The notes under the pieces: generated by a model
Told to the model about the DNA's origin: nothing
The model's database searches: none
Seen by the model: the letters and a program-made list of their open reading frames with translations, nothing else
Made by a program: the position numbers and the translations under genes
In this document: piece after piece, positions 52,833 through 64,000 of the stretch
Numbering within the stretch: position 1 is the stretch's first letter
How the letters are laid out: every line of letters begins with the position of its first letter
Origin: Monocercomonoides exilis PA203
Taxonomy: Eukaryota; Protista; Preaxostyla
DNA: 64,000 nucleotides
Assembly: GCA_001643675.2 (NCBI GenBank)
Contig: LSRY02000057.1
Coordinates: forward strand, 186,001-250,000
Reading direction: 5' to 3'

Positions 52833-55800
52833 ATGCATTTGTTCCTTTTTGCATGTTTGTTTCTTTGGAGTTCATTTGAAGCACAAGATGCCTCTGGCGC
52901 TTCAGCATGGCAAAACAAAGGTATTCTTTGGCATTAATATTTTTTGATAAATTGTATTTATAAATGCCAAGACAATTTGTACGATGCACAATTTATCTCT
53001 AAGACAAATGGTTGTTATTTCTTTAAACAGAGAAATACATCAGGAGCTAAAAGATTGCAGTCAGGAATATCGACAGTTGTTAATGCATTTTTTGTATTTT
53101 CCAATTCCACAATTGGAGTCAAGAATTTGGCAATTGAACATTTATCTTCGCCTTCGATGCATATTACAGATAAATCAACAATCACAATTGATTCCTGCAT
53201 TTCCCACCAAAAATCAGCATCTCCGTTTCATTTGCAAAGTGGGTCAATCGGCATGGTGAATTTGAGTTTGATCCCTCAAAAGAATCTGAACCCTTCCAGT
53301 CTCATTTCTTCATCTGATGATTCAAATTCTGCCATTTTGAGAAATTCGATCATTACAGATCTGACTGTATCATCCTCAGACAATTTTCTGTTGTCTGGAA
53401 AGAGCAAAAGTGAACAGATTCATGATTGTGCCTTCAGGAATATTTCTGTGAAATATGATGCGAATAGCGATCATTTTGTGGAACATTCATGTTTTCGAAG
53501 TTCAATGGAGAATTGCCTCATTTATTCGTGTGTGAATGCCTTTGAAGGAGGGATCTCGAGTGGATCTTATTCTTCACAGAAGTTTGTCTGCAGAAACACA
53601 TCAACAAGCTTCGGGAAAAGAGAAATGAATGATCTTCAAAGAAAAGAAAAATTGGACACAACTAGCAGCCAATCCTTTTCATTGTGCGAATGGACTGATT
53701 GCACATCTCCACAAGGAGGTGCTCTTTATGTTCATGACAATGAAAATGCTATTCTCAGAGTTGAGAATTCATCATTCACAAGATGTAACGCTTCATTGAC
53801 AAGAGGGGGAGGAATATATGCATTGAATATCGCTGAATGTATTGTGCTTCATTCAATGTTTGTTCAATGTTCCGCAGCAGCAACAACAAATAATGGGGGA
53901 GGGGGAATTCAATTTGAAACAACAATTTCACAGTCAATGGTCGATAATTGTTCATTTTTCAATTGCTCATCGGGCAATGACGGAGGGGCAATTGATCTCG
54001 CTCAAGCAATAATTCGAAAACAAATAGCTTTCATTAAAAATTCATTATTTATCTCTTGCGAAGCAAATCATTCAACTGGATCAGCTGGAGGTGCCATTCA
54101 ACATTGGACTTCGATAGACAAAGCAATCATTTCAAATTGTTTGTTCCGTAATTGTCATTCTATGTGTGGAGGAGGCGCTGTTGGTATATTAATTAATAGA
54201 AACAATAACGGAATATTGCTTTATTACTGCTTTTTCCACAATAATACATGCGGAGCAGGAGGAAATGAAATTGCTCTCCATAATTCAACAGAAAACAACA
54301 TTGATCCAAGCTGCTACTCTTCAAGAAATGCATCAAACAGGGTTAGTACAGACTTATATTCCATTGTTGATAGAAGTGAATGGCTTCGAAACGATTTTGG
54401 AATAATGAGATTTGTTTCTTCGACCGATACGCAGCCCAATGCCAAAGATACATTTGCATGTGGACTGAATGAAAGTCATCCTTGCAGCACAATCAGCCAT
54501 TGTTTGAGTCAACTCATTCCAGAATTAGTGAAGGATATTGAGATTCTCACAGGAACGATTGCAGAGGCAAAAAGCGTGGACTGTGGTGTCAGTTCTTTCA
54601 CAATATATGGCCAGAGTGATTTGAGTTCAACGATGCAAACAGATTTTGAAGAAAAAGGTTTATCTCTTTTTTCAGTCTCTACAGGCACATTGACTGTCAG
54701 AGACTTTGTTCTTGTGCATGACCCTGCTCATCCGAATAATCGTGCCTCAAGGCTATTTGAGATAAGTGGAGCAGGAGAGATGCATATTAGTAGACTGAAC
54801 ATTTCCGCTGGAAGTGGACGCTCAACAGAAACAGCATTCATCACAGAGCTGATCAATATTCAGAATGGGGTATTTCAAATGGAAAACGTGAACTGGGCAA
54901 AGACTATTTCAACTGTTTCGTTGGTTTCACTTTCTTCAACAAATGAAATTTCATTGAAGCTTTCAGAGTGCACCTTTAGTGGAATCGAAAGAACTTCAAA
55001 CGGAGCGGCTGTGATGTCGTTGGAAAACGACAAGGCAAACATCGATCTGAATTCTTGCACTTTTGAAGGATGTGGAAGTACAGAATCAGAAAATGGAGGA
55101 TCGATGATGCTATGTGTGGGAGAAGCGAATGAAGTGAAAGTTGAAGGCGGGATCTATGATGGGTGCTTTTGTTCAGCAACAGATGGTCTTGGGGGAGGAA
55201 TTCTTCTTCGATTATTGAATGAAAATCCAAATTTCCTGATATCATCTTCCTTTGGCACAAATACAGCCAAGTGGGGAAGAGATATTTTTGCCATTTCACC
55301 CAATTTGGAAGAAACTGCAACTTCAAGAAAAATCGCATGTGTGACAGCCTCTTTGGATTCTGTTGACAGAGTGAGAGGATATGACAATGGAAACAACAGT
55401 TTGGCCATTCCTCTGTGCATCTATCTCCTTCCCACTCCAGAAGAAATACATGTGAGAAATCCCGAGGCATCCAATCATTCGCGCTGTGGAATAGTTCAAT
55501 TCCCTTGCTTGACGATGAAACATTCACTCACAAGACAAACAGGAACAAAGAAAGTTGTTGTGAATGGAATGATTTTGATGAGTGATGAATTGGACTTTAC
55601 TGATCAAAAGCATGAAATCCGAGGAAATGATGAGCAGAGTGGTTGGACAGTCTCTGAAGCAAGAGAAACGTCCAATTCAGCGATGATTTCAGCAAATGTT
55701 GAAACAGAATTATCAAAGCTCATCTTCTCTCTTCCTCCTTTTCTTTCATCACACTCCACTTTTATTTCTTCATCTTCACAACTGACTCTGTCTCAATGTT

Positions 55801-58800
55801 CTTTTTCCCTTCAAGATCATTCATCAGAAATTTCATTTCTATTCTTATCTATTAAGTCTGGAACCTTGGCTGTTGATTCATTCTCGGCTTCATCAATCAC
55901 TTTGAGTGGAAATCCGTTGATCTCTTTGTGTGGTAGTGGGACAAAGACCGAGTTAATGAATGCCAAATGGTTGAACATGACGAACTGCACTTTCACATAT
56001 ATAGAAAGAACAGCTGGAAGTGGAGGCTGCGTGAGCATCGATAACAGCAATGATGAAAATGAAAGTGCAGAAGGAGAAATACATATTGAAGAATGTGTAT
56101 TTGATGAATGCTCAGTGCAGGCTGATGGAAGCAGAGGAGGGGCTCTCAATGCTCAGTTGAAAGAGAATACTCATATAAATATTGTTTCATGCACATTCAC
56201 AGGATGCACAGCTCCTGCTGGAGAAGAAAAGACCGGCTTTGGAGGAGGGATGGCACTGAAGCTGATTGATGATGGTTCTTCATTTGTAATCTCATCCCCC
56301 ATTTTTGGTTCAGACAAGCCAAATGTTGCAAAATGTGGAAATGACCTGTTTGTCGAATCATCAAACTTGACAAAGAGCATCACAAACACTTCTCTTCCAT
56401 TTGTATCTGGGCATCTGGATGGTATTTCATTGAATTCCATGAGAGGGTTTGATGGGAATGATTCAACGAATGCCATTCCATTGGTGTATTTCTGGTTCTC
56501 ACTTGGCTCAGAGTTATTTGTTGAGGGTGAAGGAAAAGATATGGGTGCTTGCGGATTCTCAGATTGTCCTTGTCTGTCAATTGATTATTCATTGGATCGA
56601 TTGCCAGGAGGAAATGAAAGGAATATAACCATCATAGGAAAAGGCATTCTTCAGAAATGTGTTGAACTCTGTGGAATCTCAATAAAATCGGATGATAACA
56701 ATAAGTGTGTTTTGGAATGTCTCTCATCGCTTGAAGGAGCAGAGGATGCAGCAATGAAGATTTCTGGAATTACCGATTTCGAACTGATTCGCTTTGTGAT
56801 TCCATCATCATTTACAGGTGGAGTCAACTATTTGATGCATGTTGGATCAAGCGAGGGATTGCTGAATCTGAAAGATTGCTCATTCACAAAAAATGAAGAA
56901 AGCGGAGAGTACATGATTAATTATGGACTGATCAAGGCAGACGGAGGAACGGTTCAATTGGAATTTGTGCTAACTCAGTCACTTTGTTTTTCGCATGATG
57001 TTATTTCTGTGTTGTCAACAACGGTGCTGAATGCGAAAAATCTGACGATGAAGAGTATTGAGCTCGAAGGAGCAAGCGGGTTGAGCATATCAAAGAGTTC
57101 AGGGAGAGAGAAAAATGAAGTGGAACAAGATGTTGTTATTGAGTGGAGCATATTCGAAGAAGTCACCCAGAACACAACGGATGATATTCCCATCATTCGA
57201 AATGACAATGATGAGCCATTGAAAATTGTTATTAGAAACTCAACGATGAAGAAATGTGGAGGAACGAGGTGTGGAAAGGGAGGAGGGATGTTTTGTGTGC
57301 TGAATGAGGGAGGAAGCTTTGACTGCTCTTTTTGCACGATTTCTGAGTGCTTCTGCTCGAGCACAGGAAGAGGTGGGTGGCTGTTTCTGGAATGCACCTC
57401 GACAGCTGAGCATCCTCTGAACTTTGAGTTGTCAAATATCACATTCAGAGACAACTCTGCGTTGAGAGGGAGAGATGTGTATGTGAGATGCCACTCAATT
57501 GAAACACAGATAGTTGATGAGCAATTCTTGCTGGATTTCAGAGCGCCGTTTGTGAAGGAGCTGGCAATATGGGGCTGCACAACAGATTCCTTTCTGGATG
57601 AAGAAGATCTTCTGCTGAGGGTTGTGAAATATCGGAGCGAGACGATATTTGTATCTTCAGTTTCTGAAAACTCAGCAGATAGCAAGCAATGTGGAGAGTT
57701 GAGTGCACCATGCCACTCATTGAATCTGGGAGTGCAACATATCATTCCTTCATCGTATTCTCAGCTGTTGGTATCAGAGGAAACAATCATGAACAGGGAA
57801 TGCGAAGCGAAGGATATGATTATCCACTCGTTGCAATCTCAGTCAGCCGCTTCAGTGCATCTGAACTCAACAATTGATATCAATGAGGGAAATCTCGTTA
57901 CAACCTCGGAGACTGTTCGGTTTGAGAGATTGAAATTCAACTTTGGCCAGTCGTTTTCTTATTCAGGCAGTTCTGTCATTCATGAAGCAAGTGGACAGCT
58001 TTCTCTTTTATTTGTTGATTTCTCTTCTGCTGGATTGTCAAGCAACAATCAGCCTGTTGTTTTTCTTAATTCAACATTGCTGAGCATTGGAAATGGAATT
58101 CTTTATGTTGACAACTGCTCAGTGTCACTCCTTTCATTCAAGAAGCCTTCGTTTCTGCTTTGTGGAGATGAGATATCAATGACAAATGTGAAAATGGATA
58201 ATTTTGAAACAATGGGAAATGTGTTTGTGATTGGTCAATGCAAAAAAGTTGTATTCAATGGAATTGATGCAGATGGAGTGAAATTGTCTGATGGCTGCAT
58301 CTTTTCAGTAGATGATTCAACTTCAGGAACAATTTCCATTGGAAGCTCCTCATTCAACAACTGTTCGAAAAATTCTGAAGGGGCTTCTGTTCTCTCTGCT
58401 TCTTCATCATCCTCTCAAATATCTCTTTCTAATTGCTCTTGCTCAAACTGTTGTTCCATGTCTGACAAAGGAAGCATTGTGGAATTGAGCAATGCGAGGG
58501 ATGCTTCGATGGATTTGTGCAGATTTATTGGAGTGCTTGGAAAAGAAAGTGAGAATGAGAGAAACTATAATTTTGAAGAAATATGCAAATGGAATGGATC
58601 TCTTGTTCATTCAACAAACTCAACAATAATGATGAAATATGTGACAATAATGAATGCTTCATCAGGTGGGTTATCAGTGTCTGCAGGCGATGTGACAATT
58701 GAGAAAGGAGAGTTTATGAACAACAATCCATTCATTGAAAAATATCCATCGATGAGAAGAAACATAATTTGCTCAGATTCTACTTCATTGACTATATCCA

Positions 58801-60584
58801 GTTTGAAAGGAGGAGATGGGTTGATGCCCAATTCTTCTCTTTGGATTTTGAATGATGGATGTGATTTGAGAGGGATAGCAGGAGAAAGGGCATCTCCTTT
58901 CTTCATTCCCAGGCTGGAAGATGTTTCTGTGAATGAAAATGGCAGCAATATTGTCGTGAAATTCAAGGGATCACTTTTTGTTCCATGTGACTTGTCATTC
59001 AGACTTGTGTATAAAACAGGAGATGTGGAGTTAGTTGAGACATATCAGTTTGAGGAAGATGGTTTCTTATCCGAAACTGAAGTGATTGGAACAATCACAT
59101 CAGAAAATATTTCAAAGGTTGCAGATGAAACAGAGGTATCAGTGATGATTCTGTTTGGGGACGGAAATAATCCATCGACCACTGATTCTTTCATTCTGAA
59201 GAACAAAAGTGAGCCCAAAGCTAATGGAGATGAAAGGATTGTTGAAGGAGGGAAAGAAGTGAAGTCTTATTGGTTGTTGATTGTGATCATTATGGCATTT
59301 ATTCTTCTTATCATTCTGATTATTGCAGTTATTTCAACAATCAGATGGAGAAAGGCAAAGAATGAAGCAAAAGATCTGAGAGAGATAGTGAATGATACAG
59401 TGAAGAAGGATCCGAAGGCATTTGAGATGGTAACGATGGAGATGTCACCAGAGGAGCAGTGGAGAAGAGCAGAGAAAGAGGCAGAGAAAAAGAATGAAGA
59501 AAGGATCAAGAAGAGGGTGTATGCGAAAAGCTTGGGGCATTCGGAGTCTTCAGAGCATCTTCTTTCTGAAAGCGGATCAACCGAATACATCCTTGGAAGA
59601 GATTCAGACAAGATCCCTCAATGGATGCTGGAGAAGGTTGATGATGAGGAAGAGATAAGGAAGAGAACACCATCTCCATCAATTTCATCCACTTGTTCAA
59701 CTGATTCAGATTCGACATTTGTTCGAGGGGAGGATTTGTGTCCAACAACCTCGTCGATGTCGAACTTGGTGGATGCAATGGCCTGTTCATCACCACATGA
59801 GAAGCTGATTGTGGATCTGAGGGATTCGCTGTTCATGCTTCTTCATGGGAGAAATGAGAAGAAGGAGATGGCAATTGGCACTCTTCAAGAGAGAGAGATG
59901 ACAGCTGCACAGATCCTGTTCTGGGTGACGAATGGGGCACTTCACTCATTTGATGAAATGGAAAACAAGCTTCAATCCCTTGTCAATTTGAGTCCGCACA
60001 TTGTGTTGTTCTCAGAGCATATGGTGATCTGCATTGTGATGCACTCAGATTGTTCATCAGACTCAGATACTTCATCCTCCATCTCTTCATCAACAGTCGT
60101 GACATCAGCAAGTGATGATGAAAGCGACTCTTTGCCCTCATCTGCCTTTGAGGATGATGAAGACATCAGAAAGGAGTGTTTGAGGTGGAAGGCACCGGAG
60201 CTGCTGAATGGAACAAAGAAACATGCGACGAAGAAGACTGTTGTGTTCTCGATAGGGATGATGCTGTGGGAGTGTTTGACGCTGCAGATTCCGTTTGGGG
60301 AGTATGAGGCTGAGACAGCTGGAGAGAAGATAAAGAATGGGGAGAGGCCAAACATGGGGATGATCGAGACAAGCAGTTTTGGTGAGACGACGAAAGCGTG
60401 TGTGATGCTGCAGGCCAACAGCAGGCCCACGCTTGTGGAGCTGAAGCGAGAGTTCATCGGGCACTTTCCTGCAGAGATGGTGGTTGTGACAGCATCTGAT
60501 GCGATCGACGATGAAAATGTGAGCGATATTGTCAGAGGAAGCGATATTGGGGGCAGTAGTTTCAGCAACACATCATATCTGTAG
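52833..60584 (+). CDS. Giant receptor-like surface protein, copy C (~2,570 aa): signal peptide, Pmp-like beta-helix modules, TM, TK-like pseudokinase
   Basis: Exon 1 (52833-52920) encodes the signal peptide MHLFLFACLFLWSSFEA. A phase-1 51-nt GT..AG intron at 52921-52971 joins the 7.6-kb ORF. TM YWLLIVIIMAFILLIILIIAVISTIRW. The C-terminus is nearly identical to copies A/B. Confidence 0.9.
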
Positions 60585-61516
60585 TTGTTTGTGGTTGAAG
60601 AGCACAAAACTGGAAAAGGAAGAATGATAGAAACGACAAACAAACAGAATGATAGTGGATCGAACTTTCTGAACGATTTGAAACACCAAACGAGGAGAGG
60701 GGAAAGAAAGTTGGCATTGGTGTGACGAAGCAGAAACAGAAGTGATGGCATTGTGAATGCTCAAGTTGGTCAGTCGCAGTGAAGAAATTTTGTTGCGGTT
60801 TCCGAATCGCAAGCAAAAAGCAGGTGGCTGATTTCTTGGGCGAAAACGAGTGTTTGTTTTTGTTTTTAATTTTAAGTTATTGTTCTTTTTTGTTGAATTG
60901 GAAATACAACGGCAAAGGAATGAATGAAAATAACTTTTTAAGGGGAAAACAATTTCGAACAGACAAAAACAAACCTTTGCATTAATTTGTTTTATATATA
61001 ACAAATTGTTGGAATTAGATGAAAAAAATCTCTTTCAAAGAAATATCTCATATTTTTAAATTGCTATTTATTTTTTTCATCCAAAATTTTCCTCGATTAA
61101 GATGAATAAAACTGTAAAATTTCTTTTCGTTTCAAATTTGTTATCATATATGAAATAATCTAAATTTTCCTACAAAAAAATTGTTCCTCTGTCACACGAC
61201 AAGTTATTAATAAATATGTCCGTCACCAAAAAAAAAAAAAGAAAGAAAGAAAAAATTTTAGTATAATATAATTTAAATAAAATTATATATATGTTAGCGA
61301 AAACTTTATCAAAACTATATAAAGAGCTTTGGAAAAAATGTGTTGATAGAATTTGAAATATCTGTCTTTTTCTCATTTGTTAGTGACGGTCAATGACGGT
61401 CATTGACAAATTGTGACAAAAAAATACCTCAACTGACATTTCGTGTCAAAAAAATTAAATATTGGGAACTTGATCATATTTATTAAAATTCGACTTTTTC
61501 AAAATAAAAAGAATTG

Positions 61517-63168
61517 GGCATATGATAACTTAACGTGGTCATCGAAAAGTTCAAAAAATACAAAAATTTTAACACATAACTGTTTATAAATATAAATAGA
61601 ATGCATCCAGGTTCGAAAATATGAAAATCAAAAATGTGTTTTGTGAATTAAAATTAATATTAAAATATTCATATTTATGGGTGTGATCAAATTTGTGCAC
61701 AAATAGTTTGAAATTCAATATTTAAATATATAAATATATTAAATTCACTTTTAAAAATATATCAAAAATAACAGTTTTTGAAACGAGATGAGTAAGATTA
61801 ATGATACAAAAGATGAAATATTTTCTATTATGAATATTACAAGGGATAACGACAATATATGGAATTGGTTAATGGAGGTTTTGCATGTGTTTCATCCTAA
61901 ATTATGTGCAAATTGCAGAACAATCATGAAGGTTGAGAAAGTTGGACACAGAAGAAGATGGAAGTGCAGCAAATGTTCAAAACGTATTTCATTGTTATCT
62001 GAAACAGCATTTTGCAGAAGTCATTTGGAAATTAGGATCATAATACAAATTCTTTTATTTTTTCATATTGGAATACAAATTTATCAAACAAGTTTATAAA
62101 CTAATGTGAGCAGGATATCTGTCAGTTATTATTATTCAATAGCTCGTGCAAGTTTAGCCTCGTATGCAGTGACAAAATTTCAAAAGCTTGGCGGTGAAGA
62201 AACAATTGTGGAGATTGACGAAGCCATATTAAGGAAAAGAAAATATCACAATGGAAAGAAAAAAGCACAAATTTGGATATTTGGCATGATTGAAAGGAAA
62301 ATTGAAGGAAAGAAAGGAAAGTATTTACTGCTACGAGTGCCAAATAGAAAAAAAACACTTTTATTCCTATCATCCAGGCAAATGTGATTGAATGAACGAT
62401 GATATACTCCGATGAATGGAAAGCATATCAGTGTCTGGAGACGTTGGGATATAAGCATTTAACTGTATGTCACAAATACAACTTTCGTGATCCTCTCACT
62501 GGAACTTGCACAAATATGATAGAAGGAACTTGGAGTTTGCTAAGAAAAAGTTTCCCTCGAACAGGAGTCAAAGCAAGATTCATTGATGATTTTTTGATGA
62601 GTTACATTGGAAAAAGAGATGAAAATTTGACTATAAATGAATTTCTAACTCGTGTCTTTCAATACAAACCAACAAATGACATTAACGTTGAAGAATCAGA
62701 AAGTGAGACCGAGGAAGATGTCACAATGGAGATCGATGATGATGAAAAAAGTGATCATAAAGAAACAAGTGATGATGATGTTCCAGTCATTGAATTTGAA
62801 GATAACATGGATGATGATATCGATCCTTTTGGAGCTGGAGATGGAGGTGATGCATCATCGTTTGAGGATGATTAACAATTTTGATAATATCTTTTTCAAA
62901 AGCAACTTTCTATATAAAATAGTTATTTCAAAATCAATTTTTTTTTCATTCAATTTGAAAATAGGTACTATTTTTTTTTATTTCTTATTAAAACATAATT
63001 ATAAAATTATAATGGGAATATAAAGTAAAATAATGTTCTTCTTGAAAACAAAAGATTTCTCAATATTTCGGGGTTGAATTCTTTTTATTTATCACATTAT
63101 TAACAACTATGCAAAAAAAATCTTAATAAAAACAAAATTTGAGCGACTTCGATAAGTTATCAATAGCC
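61517..63168 (+). mobile_element. Merlin/IS1595-like transposon, 1652 bp
   Basis: GG..CC ends with an imperfect TIR (GGCATATGATAACTTAACG versus revcomp GGCTATTGATAACTTATCG, 15/19). 8-bp TSD AAGAATTG at 61509-61516 and 63169-63176. Contains a transposase. Confidence 0.8.
61788..62875 (+). pseudogene. Merlin/ISXO2 transposase, intronless, disrupted
   Basis: Zn ribbon CANC..CSKC, IVEIDEA, IWIFGMIER, IYSDEWKAY, HLTVCH and TNMIEGTWSLLR are present, with a long acidic tail. In-frame TAA at 62097-62099 and a frameshift in the A-run at ~62350. Confidence 0.9.
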
Positions 63169-64000
63169 AAGAATTGTTGTATTTCGATTATTAAATTATT
63201 TTTTATTGTAATTAAGAATCGTGAAATCGTTAAAAATAACCCTTTATAACAAATCATAAATATCGTGTCAGTCATTTTGTTATTGTTTCAATTTTCTTTT
63301 ATCATGTCACAGATGTCTATAGAAATACAAAAATTATGGTTCCAAAAAAATACACACTTTATTTGAAGAGTCTGTAATTGTTATGTGAAAGTTTAACATC
63401 AATAATTTTTGAAAATAACAGTACACCAAAAATTATCCAAAATCGGAAAACTTTCAAACAGAATCGAAGAACTATTAAGCAAAGTCGAAAGGGAGATAAA
63501 CTTCATTTTTATTTTTAAAGTTGACAAAAATCAATAAAAGTAAAATATAAATTTTGTTGCGGATATATAATGATATGTGTTATTCCAATATATTTCATCT
63601 TTTTTTCGATATTTCTTGAATTTAATTTTAAACAATTGCGAAATAGGAATGAAAAACAAATTTTGAAGAATTAACATCTCATCTCAATTGAAGAACATTA
63701 ATTCTCAAAAAATTTTAAAAAAAATTTGAAGTTTTTTCTAATTTTTCGAAGAATGAATAATGCATTATTGACTTTCTTCTTTTAAACATCAAAGATGCAA
63801 AATCCTTATTTCTATTTAAATAATATCAAATTTTTCTTTTTTTTTTTCTTTTTCTTTTCCTTTCTTTTTGAGTGTATTATTGAGTTTATTTTGGTTTGTA
63901 ATTTTTAACATTTGAAGAAAACAACTGCACGAACATATCAAAAAATGTTTGCAATGATAATGGGAATATATTTATCTTTCCCAACATTTTCTTAATTGAA

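Noticed and set aside
60755-60845. tRNA-like GCTCAAGTTGGTCAG segment
   Set aside because: No T-loop GTTCRA or acceptor stem at the proper spacing.
1-64000. Stop-codon reassignment (TAR=Gln or TGA=Trp/Cys)
   Set aside because: Conserved genes end at TGA (NAA30, PP6) or TAG (M6PR-like), and long ORFs need no reassignment. In-frame stops in the transposases co-occur with frameshifts.
1-64000. CRISPR arrays, rRNA, telomeric repeats
   Set aside because: No repeat-spacer periodicity or recognisable conserved motifs seen.

Overview
This is AT-rich eukaryotic DNA with short spliceosomal introns and the standard genetic code. Gene style and families resemble the oxymonad Monocercomonoides (recognition only, not a database result). 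The dominant structure is a 27.6-kb palindrome (arms 7512-21239 and 21354-35086, 114-bp spacer). Each arm carries a ~4,100-codon receptor-like gene with Cys-rich Pmp-like beta-helix modules, one TM helix and a degenerate Tyr-kinase-like C-lobe, arranged tail-to-tail. The two copies are nearly identical except that each has its own 19-codon N-terminal leader, and both carry the same TGA at a motif cysteine (demonstrably in frame in the right arm). A third, intact family member (52833-60584) shares patchwork near-identical tracts with them. Three decayed Merlin/IS1595-like transposases and several MITE/Tc1-type inverted-repeat elements lie around these receptor genes. A compact housekeeping block (M6PR/ATG27-like, NAA30, GSK3-like, PP6) occupies 38.3-47 kb. 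No rRNA, tRNA or CRISPR was found.
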